NCBI GenBank assembly: GCA_013044245.1
Contig: JABEVK010000104.1
Coordinates: 100 to 64,099, forward strand
Length of the DNA stretch: 64,000 nucleotides
DNA from: Spirochaetales bacterium
GTDB taxonomy: Bacteria > Spirochaetota > Spirochaetia > JABEVK01
Direction: 5' to 3'
Position 1 is the first letter of the stretch. Every line of letters starts with the position of its first letter. The notes beneath the pieces are model-generated. The model was not told where the DNA came from and made no database searches. It was given only the letters and a program-made list of their open reading frames with translations. Shown one piece after another: positions 48,368-58,340 of the stretch. The position numbers and the translations under genes were made by a program.

Positions 48368-49117
48368 ATGAAGAACATTTTTTCTTTGCTGTTGGTTGGC
48401 TTATTCCTTACGAGCTGTAGCACAATTGAGTTTTATTCTCCACAGGTCAATGCCCAATGGACCAGCATTAAAGTCAATCAAAGCTTAGGTGGTACCACCT
48501 CGGCCGAAGGTGTCAGTGTTCGTTTTAAGGACGATGACTATAGTTCGGCCCTGCGTATCGGTTCATTTTTCACACCTATATACCAAGGGAACCGTCGAGA
48601 AACATGGACGGCCGAAGGCCCCCAAGGTTATCAGGCCACCATCGAATTCATCCAAACAGGACTAAAGTACGAAGGGCCCGTCAACAATGACCTTTTAACC
48701 GTGACCCAAACAGACTCTTCACAAGCCAAGCTGATTGTCAGACTCACCGATAATCAAGGTGTTTTGGTATCTAGACCCGTGAGTACCCCAGAAATCGACC
48801 GCGCAACCTTAGGCTCTTTGGTACTTAAGCCTTATTACACCGGTCAAGCCGGAGGCACCGTAACAGACTATCAGAATTTGGGATTGATAACGGGCTACCA
48901 GATTTTCGAAAACCAAAAACTCCTTGGTTTTCTTTCGACGATGGCCCCACCAAAGTTCCTTTTGGCCCCTGGGGCAACCCTATCGACGAGGGAAATGGCG
49001 GTGGCCTTGGCCCTGATGCAAACCCATTTTTCGATGGCCAAAACTCATTTAGCTGTCGAAGGACAAACGATCAATTTCTTTGGGTTAAACCTTCCGGTTC
49101 ATGAGTCAGATGAATAA
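48368..49117 (+). CDS. hypothetical lipoprotein
   Basis: MKNIFSLLLVGLFLTSCS lipobox. Confidence 0.6.
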   Translation: MKNIFSLLLVGLFLTSCSTIEFYSPQVNAQWTSIKVNQSLGGTTSAEGVSVRFKDDDYSSALRIGSFFTPIYQGNRRETWTAEGPQGYQATIEFIQTGLKYEGPVNNDLLTVTQTDSSQAKLIVRLTDNQGVLVSRPVSTPEIDRATLGSLVLKPYYTGQAGGTVTDYQNLGLITGYQIFENQKLLGFLSTMAPPKFLLAPGATLSTREMAVALALMQTHFSMAKTHLAVEGQTINFFGLNLPVHESDE

Positions 49118-49184
49118 AAAACAACCGATGGGCAACTAGAAATCGCAACCCACCCATGCGGACCACGCGGAGGTTCCTTATCGT

Positions 49185-50012
49185 TTACGGCGTTGCCATT
49201 TCTAAAGAATAGCGGGCCATAGCTTCCAAGCCTGATCTTCCTTCCGAAGACGGCAAAGCAGTTAACCCCTCAAGAGCTTGCTGAATAACCACTTGGCCCT
49301 CTTGAAGGGGGTCAACTTCGGCGCAGTTTAAATCTTGGTCGACGGCATCGTCAAACAACTGATAGGCCAAACCATACTTCAAACCAAATTCGCTGATAGT
49401 GATTTTCTGCTCTGACGTGGCACCGCCAAGGCTGGCTCCCAACTGACAGCACAGGCTCATAAAGCGGGCGGTTTTACCTTCGATGATTCGGTAGTAGGCC
49501 TCTCGGGACAGATCCGTCGTCCGGGCCTGCTCTACCTCCGCAGAAATCATATATTCATTCAACGTTACGACGTTCAGTAAGTCATCTTTTGGCAAGAGCT
49601 GGGTCAAAAGGCCGTAGGCTCGGGAATAGATGATGTCACCGGCTAACAGGGCAACCTTATTCCCCCAAACCCCGTTCAAGGTAGTTTGCCCCCGCCGCGA
49701 AATATCCTCGTCGAGAATATCATCATGAACAAGACTTGCGCTGTGAATTAGCTCAAGCGCCACCCCTAACGAAATGAATTTTTCTTCGGTAATGGATGTC
49801 GATACTGCTCGCGCCGCGAATAAAGCCAAGGCAGGTCGCAAAAGTTTACCTGGCTTTTGAAAGAAATGATCCACCACTTTATTGACGGACGAAAATCCAA
49901 AGCTTTTTGCCAAAGCTTTCAACGCCTCTTCGACCAAGCTCAGCTCCCGCTGAATGGGTTGATAGACACTTTCAAGACTTCGGGGGGAACTCACCTGCGG
50001 ACCTCTAGGCAC
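49185..50012 (-). CDS. polyprenyl diphosphate synthase (trans-IPPS family)
   Basis: Asp-rich motifs LVHDDILDED and FDDAVDQD. Confidence 0.8.
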   Translation of the reverse strand: MPRGPQVSSPRSLESVYQPIQRELSLVEEALKALAKSFGFSSVNKVVDHFFQKPGKLLRPALALFAARAVSTSITEEKFISLGVALELIHSASLVHDDILDEDISRRGQTTLNGVWGNKVALLAGDIIYSRAYGLLTQLLPKDDLLNVVTLNEYMISAEVEQARTTDLSREAYYRIIEGKTARFMSLCCQLGASLGGATSEQKITISEFGLKYGLAYQLFDDAVDQDLNCAEVDPLQEGQVVIQQALEGLTALPSSEGRSGLEAMARYSLEMATP

Positions 50013-50081
50013 GGTAACAACTCCTTAGACAAAAGACCACGCCCCTACGAGCGTGGTCTAGGTCCGACGTGAGACGGACTC

Positions 50082-51605
50082 TTATTTATCTTCTTTCGGT
50101 TTCTTTTGGAAGAACTTATACAAACCGAGAACAACAGGCAAACGGTTAACACCCGGAATAAAAGGTATCGCCAAAAGGATTAAGCCCAAAAGGCCCAAAA
50201 TATAGGCCCCATCTCGGTCGCCGTTATCATCGGTTTTCAGGATGGTTCCATCCATAATGCCGATGGGAGCAAGCCACCAGGCCCCTGGAGGTACGGGACG
50301 AGCCAACTTAATGGGGGGAATCTTGGAAGGATCAGCAAAGGCAGGTTGCCATTCGGCACGGCCGCCAGGCAGATTCATATCCGGCTTTTCTTCTTTCAAC
50401 ATACCCATTTGACTGGTTTTGATTCCCATTTTATGAGCATACGAATCCAGAACTCCCAGGTCCGCCATGAGTCGCAAGGCATAGGTTTCGTCACCCAGCT
50501 CGCCCTCACCTCTCAACGCTTTGTCATAATAGCCGGTAGCGGCCATCTTTGTCAGGTCCTTAACAACAGTAATCAGGGGATCCTGCGCCTCGGTAACTTT
50601 GCCTTTATTGTCGCCAAAGAAGTCAATCGCGTCGTTGATGAGCTGCTTTTGTTGAGCAGGGGTCATCTTTTCGATGGGGGCCAACAGGTTGGGAACTTGT
50701 CCCGTAGCCGTTAAACTCGCCCAAGGTCCGTCAATATAAACCTTGCGGGTATTCCAGGTATACGGATCAATATTGTCTGAATAGCCGGTGGTTAGGGTTT
50801 GGGCATTATCACCGGTACCGATTTGCTGCAAGCGACCAAACTCACCAACCAAAGTGGTGGCGAACAAATTCGGGTCGGTTGAGGCGACCTCTTTTAAAGT
50901 CACTACCTTAACGTAGGGTGAAGGCAACAGCACCGCCAGAATTAAAATCACAACAGCGACGACGCCACCCCGAAGGAAAAGCATGGTGTGATTGGCTTTT
51001 TCAATCTTGTAGGGATGATCCGCTTTGGGGGGTGTTGCCAAACCCAAAAAGCGCACCAAAATGTAGTGCAAACTCAGCAAGGCAAAAATGATAAAGGGAA
51101 CAATCGCGACGTGCATACCGATGATATTGACGGTGTTCAGGGGGTTAATCCACCATCCCAGTCCGGAACCGTTAAAAAAGTCGGCACCCTGAAGGGCTCG
51201 CCATTGCGTTGAAAAATCCCCGCGTAAGGCATAACCAAATTCAGTTTCGGTGATGGCAGTCATGAACATCAAAGCCCCAATGACCCAGGTGATTTTCCTG
51301 GGCCCACGGTAGCCCATCGTACAAAAGACGACGATGAGGTGAAGGAGCATGAAAATCACGAAAGCTTGACTGGACCACAGGTGCACACTGCGAAAGAACA
51401 CCCCAACGGGGTTAGTCAGCCACCACGTTGAGCCGAAGAAAAGCTCAACCACTCCGCTGATGACGAGCATGATAAAGCTTACCGCCGCTAAAAAGCCGAG
51501 AGAATAAAAGATGCGATTAGCGTACTGCGGCGCCTTGTCAATCATCAAATCGGCGAACTGCGGTCCCAGTTTTTTTTCTTCTGGAAAACCCGTCTCCTCT
51601 TTCAT
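50082..51605 (-). CDS. di-heme cytochrome b6-like membrane protein with ~230-aa periplasmic insertion and extra C-terminal TM helix
   Basis: Helix B HLWSSQAFVIFMLLH (H-x13-H). Helix D HVAIVPFIIFALLSLH (H-x14-H, b6-type). No CxxCH. 507 aa. RBS AAAGGAGG. Confidence 0.75.
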   Translation of the reverse strand: MKEETGFPEEKKLGPQFADLMIDKAPQYANRIFYSLGFLAAVSFIMLVISGVVELFFGSTWWLTNPVGVFFRSVHLWSSQAFVIFMLLHLIVVFCTMGYRGPRKITWVIGALMFMTAITETEFGYALRGDFSTQWRALQGADFFNGSGLGWWINPLNTVNIIGMHVAIVPFIIFALLSLHYILVRFLGLATPPKADHPYKIEKANHTMLFLRGGVVAVVILILAVLLPSPYVKVVTLKEVASTDPNLFATTLVGEFGRLQQIGTGDNAQTLTTGYSDNIDPYTWNTRKVYIDGPWASLTATGQVPNLLAPIEKMTPAQQKQLINDAIDFFGDNKGKVTEAQDPLITVVKDLTKMAATGYYDKALRGEGELGDETYALRLMADLGVLDSYAHKMGIKTSQMGMLKEEKPDMNLPGGRAEWQPAFADPSKIPPIKLARPVPPGAWWLAPIGIMDGTILKTDDNGDRDGAYILGLLGLILLAIPFIPGVNRLPVVLGLYKFFQKKPKEDK

Positions 51606-51728
51606 GAAGACCTCCTTTGATTGCGTAATGCGAATATCTTGAAGTCTAAATATTAAATAATGATTAAAGACTTAAAAAAAATCGCTGTGCTTTATTCTGG
51701 TGCATTTGCCGCCCGTGTCAAGAGGATA

Positions 51729-52754
51729 TCACGAAAACAGTTTAACTCCCGAGGAGGTCGCAAGGGTCCAAACCGCTCCAGCGGCCAAGCCTAATAGGTA
51801 AAGCCAACCAAATCGTCGGTTATGGACGAGGTTGTACCGATGAAGCCATAGCGGCCAGCCTACCCAGCCCGCTGGGGCTTCTCCCGGTCGGGGAGCCAAA
51901 CAAACTCGAAGGACTTTTAAGGCGGAAGGAGCATTGAGAAATACCACCAAAGCCCAGGGTGTCACCTGACCAACAACCACACCGCCCAGAATCAGAATGT
52001 ACATTCCCGCTACCAGGACTTGGTTTAAAAAACGGGCCCGCTTTTCGCCTAAAAGAACGGGCAGAGTGCGGATGGCATGGGTTTGATCGAACTCTGCTTG
52101 GTCAATGTGCTTGCCGATTAAAATGGCAGCTATACCCAACCCATAGGGAATTCCTACCCACAACGGCGACCACGAAAATGTCCCTGTTAAACAATAGAAG
52201 CCCCCGCCCACCATGAGAGGACCCCAGACGAGGAAACTGGCTAGCTCGCCAAGACCAATCGCTTTGAGACTAGTCGGCGCCGCATCATAGAGGTACAACA
52301 GAGCTCCCCCCACCACCGCAAGCGCTAAAGCGGGCCAACCCCTTTGCCAGGTAAAAACCCCCGCAATCAGAATTGCTACCACCCACAACACAACCAAACC
52401 CCGTACTAAAGCCTTTTTCGTCAAAACCCCATGGGCCAGCGGGTGAATGGTATAGGTGACCCGAGGCGAATCGGGGGTGTCATGGCCTCTCTTAAAACCG
52501 AAATAGTCGTTTGAAAAGTTACTCAAGGCATGTAAAACCAGGTAACCCACAAGCAAAGGAAAAAAGAGCCAGAGGTTCATTTTTCCTGTGGGTAAAGCCG
52601 TTAAGCCTGCCAAGATGGCCGCTTGAAAGGAAATGACCAGAATCAAGAACCGCCCGGCATACAACCAGCGGGAAACTCCGTCCAAGGTTTCTACAGGAAC
52701 CTCACGGCGGTAAAAACCAAAAAAGGCCTCTTTCCAGAGGCGAAATCTACTCAT
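51729..52754 (-). CDS. UbiA-superfamily prenyltransferase, MenA-like (variant Asp motif NDYFGFKRGHD)
   Basis: 8-9 TM helices. NDxxDxxxD-type motif with the second Asp replaced by Gly. Confidence 0.75.
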   Translation of the reverse strand: MSRFRLWKEAFFGFYRREVPVETLDGVSRWLYAGRFLILVISFQAAILAGLTALPTGKMNLWLFFPLLVGYLVLHALSNFSNDYFGFKRGHDTPDSPRVTYTIHPLAHGVLTKKALVRGLVVLWVVAILIAGVFTWQRGWPALALAVVGGALLYLYDAAPTSLKAIGLGELASFLVWGPLMVGGGFYCLTGTFSWSPLWVGIPYGLGIAAILIGKHIDQAEFDQTHAIRTLPVLLGEKRARFLNQVLVAGMYILILGGVVVGQVTPWALVVFLNAPSALKVLRVCLAPRPGEAPAGWVGWPLWLHRYNLVHNRRFGWLYLLGLAAGAVWTLATSSGVKLFS

Positions 52755-52949
52755 GGTGTCTCCTCAAAACTATCGCCAAATTATCGTGATTAATCTTATC
52801 AGGTTTAAAGTTTTCACGACAAGGTCAGTCGGGATTGATTATTTTACGGATTTCATCATAATTTCATTATAAACCACAAGGCAAAATTACAGCTTTATCC
52901 GCCAGGACTCTGGCGCGGAAATCTGCGATTCGTGCCAAAGGAGAATTTT

Positions 52950-54233
52950 GTGAAAGGACTTTTCACTTTGCTCGCCCTTGCTCTGTTCAGCGTGCCAGTA
53001 TTTGCTCAAAGTACCCCGGCCACCACGGGCTCTACAGCCCCGGCCGCTACTACAGCTCCGGCAACTGACGTAACAGCGAGTGCGACCGTACCGGGTTCGA
53101 ACTGGGCTAAGAAGCTCAAAATCGGAGGGATTTTCGATTTTGGCGGAATGTATTCTAACACCCAAGGCCAAGCGAACACGGTCCAGACCTTTAACGCGGT
53201 CGACGAAGACCACGGTCAGTTTGACTTAAATATCACCTACACCGAAAAAACTTGGGGTGTGGTGATGCAGGCTCGTGAAGGCGGCGATAGCTTTTCGTTG
53301 GCGAATACCAATTCTGCTAGTCCCCTAACCTCGAACTGGTTACTCCACTGGGTGTACGCCTGGGCTGACCTCGCTGGCGGGGCCGTCAGGGTAACCACGG
53401 GGAACATCGGGTCTACCATGTGGGCTACCGGATCGTTAGGCAATAGCTGGGGCGGTTACGGCAAGATCGATGGACAAATGGGCGGAATGGTGGAATGGAA
53501 GCCGATTTCAGGTCTGGATGTTGGTGCCTTTTTACCCTATGACCCCACGACGTCTGTGACCTTGGGCAACCAAGATTTCGGCAACACCGTTTTTGGTGGC
53601 TCGTACGTCGCCGATACCTATGATGTCGAAGCCGGCTTTACCCCAGGTTCGACACCTCAACTAACACAGTTTTGGGCTGGTGCGGCCTACACGGGCAATT
53701 CGAACTTAACTCTATTTGCCGAATACGTGGGGGCCTATTTGAACGACGCCACCTACGGGTTCAACTATGGCGACGTCAACTTTGCTTACAAGCTTGGCGA
53801 CTGGAATGTGGGACTCTACGCTCAGACTCAGGTGTTCAATAACAATGCCTATGGAACGGCAAATATGCTTATTCCCGAAGTCGACTACACCATCAAGAAT
53901 TTTGACGTAGGTTTGTCGGCCAACCTCTTAACCGATACGGCACTGAAGCTACCAACAGCCAGTCAAACCGGCTGGGAGGTTGACCCCTTCTTAAAATACA
54001 ACGTCTCGAAAAACTTTGTGATCACGGTCTTTGCTGGGTTGACCTCGGGTGCCAATTCGCTGGGGAACAGCGACAACTGCATCGGTGGCAGCTCCCCAGG
54101 CTTTACCGACTTTAACACAGCGCAAACCTCAGCTTGGGCAGAAAACGCAGGCACCGCTAGTCAGTACACCGCTTGGAACCTGATGCCCAACTCGACCTTC
54201 AAGGCTGGGGCTTCCTTTGCTTTGACGTTCTAA
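52950..54233 (+). CDS. outer-membrane beta-barrel protein (porin-like)
   Basis: Signal peptide MKGLFTLLALALFSVPVFAQ, taken from the GTG start with an AAGGAG RBS. Alternating aromatic/Gly-rich strands. C-terminal ...FALTF ends in Phe. Confidence 0.6.
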   Translation: MKGLFTLLALALFSVPVFAQSTPATTGSTAPAATTAPATDVTASATVPGSNWAKKLKIGGIFDFGGMYSNTQGQANTVQTFNAVDEDHGQFDLNITYTEKTWGVVMQAREGGDSFSLANTNSASPLTSNWLLHWVYAWADLAGGAVRVTTGNIGSTMWATGSLGNSWGGYGKIDGQMGGMVEWKPISGLDVGAFLPYDPTTSVTLGNQDFGNTVFGGSYVADTYDVEAGFTPGSTPQLTQFWAGAAYTGNSNLTLFAEYVGAYLNDATYGFNYGDVNFAYKLGDWNVGLYAQTQVFNNNAYGTANMLIPEVDYTIKNFDVGLSANLLTDTALKLPTASQTGWEVDPFLKYNVSKNFVITVFAGLTSGANSLGNSDNCIGGSSPGFTDFNTAQTSAWAENAGTASQYTAWNLMPNSTFKAGASFALTF

Positions 54234-54302
54234 GTTATCTTGAAGGCCGCCGACTCCTCGCGGGTCGGCGGCTTTTTCTTTTACCTACCCGGAGGAAGAT
54301 TT

Positions 54303-55181
54303 GTGAACCGTTTTGCCCTATGGTTACGTGCTATCCGGCCCTTTTCTTTTACTGGTTCGGTGACGCCGGTATTGCTGGGCGCCCTTTGGGCCTTCCACGA
54401 CGGGTCCTTTTCAGGACTCTACCTCACCCTTTCACTTTTAGCGATTCTGCTTTTGCATGCCGGCGTCAATGTTTTGAGCGATTATGATGACTATGTGAAT
54501 AAAATTGATGTTCCCGGGTCATACGGTTCTAGCGGCGTACTCCTTGACGGAAGCCTAACCCCTCGGCAGGTGCGACGCGGAGGCCTAGTTTTGTTGCTTT
54601 TGGGGGTGAGCTTAGGCCTGTTGTTAGCGGTTCTGCGCGGTCCTATGATCTGGGGAATCGGAGCCGCCGGGGTGATCGCAGGATACTTTTATACCGGCAA
54701 ACCCCTCAAGTTGAAATATCGCGGGCTTGGCGCTCCTGCTGTTTTGCTTGCCTTTGGCCCCCTCATGACCTTGGGGTCCTACTATGTGCAAGCCCAACAG
54801 TTTAGCTGGCTGGTGGTGGTGCTCTCGGTTCCTCTCGGGTTACTGACGACAGCTATCCTTCACGCCAACGATATGCGAGATATGGGCTTTGATCAGGCGG
54901 CCGGCATAAAAACCCTCTCGCTCAGCGTGGGACGCAAAACAGCTGCTCTCCTCTATAATGTGATGATCTATGGAGCCTTTTTTACACTTGTGCTGTTGCT
55001 CATTTTGCAGATTCTGCCCGTATGGAGCCTGCTGTGCTTGGCCACCCTTCCCCTGGCATTTCAACTAAGCCGGCAGATAAAAATCCCCAACCCTAACGAA
55101 GCGCTGAGAACCCTCGACCAAAAAACAGCAGCTCTTCAACTGCAGTTCAGTCTGCTTTTGATGATAAGCCTTAGCCTATGA
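54303..55181 (+). CDS. UbiA-superfamily prenyltransferase, MenA-like (second copy)
   Basis: SDYDDYVNKID motif. 8 TM helices. GTG start with GGAGGA RBS. Confidence 0.75.
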   Translation: MNRFALWLRAIRPFSFTGSVTPVLLGALWAFHDGSFSGLYLTLSLLAILLLHAGVNVLSDYDDYVNKIDVPGSYGSSGVLLDGSLTPRQVRRGGLVLLLLGVSLGLLLAVLRGPMIWGIGAAGVIAGYFYTGKPLKLKYRGLGAPAVLLAFGPLMTLGSYYVQAQQFSWLVVVLSVPLGLLTTAILHANDMRDMGFDQAAGIKTLSLSVGRKTAALLYNVMIYGAFFTLVLLLILQILPVWSLLCLATLPLAFQLSRQIKIPNPNEALRTLDQKTAALQLQFSLLLMISLSL

Positions 55182-55819
55182 CTTCCCCCACCAAAAACAA
55201 CACATCGCTCTTCGCGCCCCTCGGGTTATACCTAGTAGCCGGGGTCTTGTGGTTTTTACTTTTTACCCTTCATCTGGCAAACTTTTGGGGTGAAATGAGT
55301 CTCTCGCTCGCTCTCTTGGTAACCTTAGCCTGGGTCTTTCAGCGCGACCTATTTTCGTGGGGGCCCCTGACGGTTCGGCACCTTGTTCTCGGCGTGGGTA
55401 GTTTTATCCTCCTGTATGGTATTTTCTATTTAGGAAATATCCTCACAGGTCTGCTTTTCACCTTTAAGAATACGCAAATTGCCGAAGTCTACAGTAACAA
55501 AACCCAAGCGGCTCCCTGGGTGATTAGCGTTTTGCTGTTGTTGGTGATCGCCCCAGGCGAAGAGATCTTTTGGCGTGGATTTCTGCAACGCCGATTGATG
55601 CAACGCTGGGGCGAAAACGCTGGTTGGTTAGTAGGCGCGGTGGCCTATGGGGCTGTTCACCTTTTGACAGGCAACGTTATGTTGGTCATCGCGGCGCTTG
55701 TATGCGGATTCTACTGGGGCTTTCTCTATCGCCAGCAAAAAAGCTTGTGGCCTGTTTTGATTTCTCACGCCCTTTGGGACTTCACAGCGTTTGTCCTTTT
55801 GCCCTTTCCGACGAGGTAA
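55178..55819 (+). CDS. CPBP-family intramembrane metalloprotease (CAAX protease/Abi)
   Basis: EEIFWRGFLQ ... HLL ... HALWD motifs. ATGA overlap with the upstream gene. Confidence 0.8.
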   Translation: MTSPTKNNTSLFAPLGLYLVAGVLWFLLFTLHLANFWGEMSLSLALLVTLAWVFQRDLFSWGPLTVRHLVLGVGSFILLYGIFYLGNILTGLLFTFKNTQIAEVYSNKTQAAPWVISVLLLLVIAPGEEIFWRGFLQRRLMQRWGENAGWLVGAVAYGAVHLLTGNVMLVIAALVCGFYWGFLYRQQKSLWPVLISHALWDFTAFVLLPFPTR

Positions 55820-55823
55820 ACTC

Positions 55824-56537
55824 ATGAAAACAACTTTTGCCGCCCATACGGCCCGTGTTCACGCAATTTTTTCGTCGATCGCCCACCAGTATGATCGTCT
55901 GAATACCGTTCTCTCGTGGGGCACAGACCGACTGTGGCGGCAACAAGCTTTGCACCAATGTCGACTAAAACCCGGCGATTCTGCCTTGGACTTGTGTTGT
56001 GGCACGGGTATGATGATTCCCCCCTTGTGCCGCGGCGTGGGCGAACAGTCTACCGTAGTGGGCTTAGATTTTAACGCAGAAATGCTTGCTGTCGCCCAAC
56101 GCCGGCTGTCAGCGCAAGCCAAGCTCAAGTTTCGTTTAGTCGAAGGGAATGTTCTTGATCTACCCTTTGCCCCCGAGTCCTTTTCGTGCATCACCATAGC
56201 TTTTGGATTGCGCAATATCCCTGATATTCCCGAAGCACTGGCACAAATGTTTCGCGTTTTGAAACCTGGCGGTCGGCTGGTCTGCTTAGAACTCTCTAAC
56301 CCAGAACTACCTGTTTTTAAGGATATTTATGGTCTGTACTTCAACCACCTGCTTCCGGTGGTGGGATACCTCGGGACGAGGAATCACCAGGCCTACACCT
56401 ATCTCCGTGACTCGGTTAAACGCTTTTTGTCTAAAAAGGATCTCCTGCGGGCCTTTCGGGCCGCAGGCTTTCAGCACAGTTTTTATCAGTCGCTCACCGG
56501 GGGCATTGCGGCCTTGCATGTCGGCCTCAAGCCCTAG
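55824..56537 (+). CDS. ubiE: demethylmenaquinone/ubiquinone biosynthesis C-methyltransferase
   Basis: HAIFSSIAHQYDRLN ... LDLCCGTG UbiE/MenG signature. Confidence 0.88.
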   Translation: MKTTFAAHTARVHAIFSSIAHQYDRLNTVLSWGTDRLWRQQALHQCRLKPGDSALDLCCGTGMMIPPLCRGVGEQSTVVGLDFNAEMLAVAQRRLSAQAKLKFRLVEGNVLDLPFAPESFSCITIAFGLRNIPDIPEALAQMFRVLKPGGRLVCLELSNPELPVFKDIYGLYFNHLLPVVGYLGTRNHQAYTYLRDSVKRFLSKKDLLRAFRAAGFQHSFYQSLTGGIAALHVGLKP

Positions 56538-56547
56538 GATATTCGGC

Positions 56548-58281
56548 TTACTTGTTTTTGGGTTTGTCCGCAGATTTTCTCGGTTCGTCCACATACAGGT
56601 AAGACTTTTTAGCGCACCGAGTACGGTTCCACCATTTCTTTAGAGCAGGCATGACCACATAGTCTAGGCCCAGAACTTTTCCACCGCCGCCCTGCATGGT
56701 CAAAGCCGCGAAGATAAACAACCATTGACTACCACCATGAAGCAGACCGCTGGCCATCAAAATGAATGTAAGAACAATCGACGTATCGGCCGCTATCACC
56801 GTGAATAACCCCAATAGCAGTGCCAAGCCAACGCCAGCCTCAGCCCATGCCATCAGCGGAGACACTGGCAAAAACGCCAAGCCTTTATGCAAGATCCCTG
56901 ACAACCCCACACTAAACCACGTAGCACCCAAAAAAAGGCGAAGGGGCAACAGCCAAAAACTGGAGGTCTTTGCGGCGGCGTGGGAACCCAGCGTCGAGCG
57001 GTTGGACTTGATATTCAAAAAGTGATGGACAAGATACCCCCAACAGGCGTTGAATCCGGCCACCTCCCACAGGTAATGCAGGTTGACCAAATGCTTCATT
57101 GTCATAGCCCAAAAGCCCGAGAACTTGACACCCATAACGTCTGCAACCGCAAACCTACTGCCAATCGAAACTAAAAACCCGTGGTACTTAGGGTGAAACT
57201 CGGATTTTGGTTGGTTATCTAAATCGGCGATAATGTTATTCGCCACTAACTCACCTGACTGCAGTGCCGTTTCGACGACCTGTGGCAAGACCCGATTCTT
57301 GTCATGAAACCAAAGGACGTCGCCGACTACATACACTTTTTCGTCGTCCACCGACTGAAGGTAAGCATTGGTATTTAAACGAGCCTTCTTTTTAACATTA
57401 AAACGCAGATCATGCTCTGCTTGATCGAGCGGAGGGACAGCAAGGTGGGGCGCATGGGGAAAGGTTAGGTTCCCCGCAAAAGCACAGCCACGGACGCCAC
57501 AGGTCCAGATTAGCGTTTCAGTGGCGAAAAATTCGCCGCTTTTTACTCGAAAGCCCTCGGGGGTCACTTCGGTGATGGCCGTATTCAGCTTAAGCTCAGC
57601 ACCGGAGTCCTCGATATAACGCACAGCTTTGGTCCGCAATTCTTTCGACAGGGTCGGTAGAATGTCGGTCATCGCCTCAACATTCATAATGGTCACTTCT
57701 TCGGGGTCAATAAGATACTCGCGGCAAAGGGAGGCTTTCCACTCCAGCAGTTCCCCCAGCAATTCAATGCCCGTAAACCCTGCACCGGCGACTACCAGGC
57801 GTAGTATGATCTTGCGGCGATCGGGATTGGGCTCACGGCTTGCTTTGAGAAACTGAGCTTCGATATGCTCGCGAAGTCGGAGCGCATCGTCGTAGGTCCA
57901 TAACGTGAAGGAGTTTTGTTCTACACCAGGAATACCAAAAAATTCGGGTTCGGCGCCTACTCCTAGGATCAAATAGTCCCAAGAATATTCGGCAAACTCA
58001 GATTTTAACGTCCGCGCTTCAAAATCAACCGTTTGAACCCGGTCGACAACCACATTGACAGCCTTTCCGCCAAAAATCTTTTCTAACGAGACGCGAACAC
58101 TATCTGGTTCACAACGCCCACCAGCCACTTCATGCAGTTCTGTTCGTAGGGTGTGAAACGAGTTCTTGTCGTACAGCGTCACCTCGACTTCCCGGCCCTT
58201 AAGTTTTTTGTGCAGAACTTTCGCCGCATGCACTCCGCCGTAGCCGGCTCCCAAAATGGCAATCCTAGTCATGTTTATCAA
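56548..58281 (-). CDS. ndh: type II NADH:quinone oxidoreductase (NDH-2) fused to C-terminal DoxX-like membrane domain
   Basis: Two GxGxxG dinucleotide folds (ILGAGYGG; VAGAGFTGIELLGEL). C-terminal ~130 aa have DoxX-type TM helices (SFWLLPLRLFLGATWFSVGLSGILHKG...). Confidence 0.8.
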   Translation of the reverse strand: MINMTRIAILGAGYGGVHAAKVLHKKLKGREVEVTLYDKNSFHTLRTELHEVAGGRCEPDSVRVSLEKIFGGKAVNVVVDRVQTVDFEARTLKSEFAEYSWDYLILGVGAEPEFFGIPGVEQNSFTLWTYDDALRLREHIEAQFLKASREPNPDRRKIILRLVVAGAGFTGIELLGELLEWKASLCREYLIDPEEVTIMNVEAMTDILPTLSKELRTKAVRYIEDSGAELKLNTAITEVTPEGFRVKSGEFFATETLIWTCGVRGCAFAGNLTFPHAPHLAVPPLDQAEHDLRFNVKKKARLNTNAYLQSVDDEKVYVVGDVLWFHDKNRVLPQVVETALQSGELVANNIIADLDNQPKSEFHPKYHGFLVSIGSRFAVADVMGVKFSGFWAMTMKHLVNLHYLWEVAGFNACWGYLVHHFLNIKSNRSTLGSHAAAKTSSFWLLPLRLFLGATWFSVGLSGILHKGLAFLPVSPLMAWAEAGVGLALLLGLFTVIAADTSIVLTFILMASGLLHGGSQWLFIFAALTMQGGGGKVLGLDYVVMPALKKWWNRTRCAKKSYLYVDEPRKSADKPKNK

Positions 58282-58340
58282 AACCTCCAGGTTATGAGAC
58301 TTACATTATAATAAATCGGTTATTTTGTCATGACACCCCT

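Noticed and set aside
50082-51605. Cytochrome b as part of a canonical bc1/b6f operon
   Set aside because: No Rieske protein, subunit IV or cytochrome c gene is adjacent, and there is no CxxCH in the protein. I therefore call it a stand-alone cytochrome b6-like protein rather than complex III.
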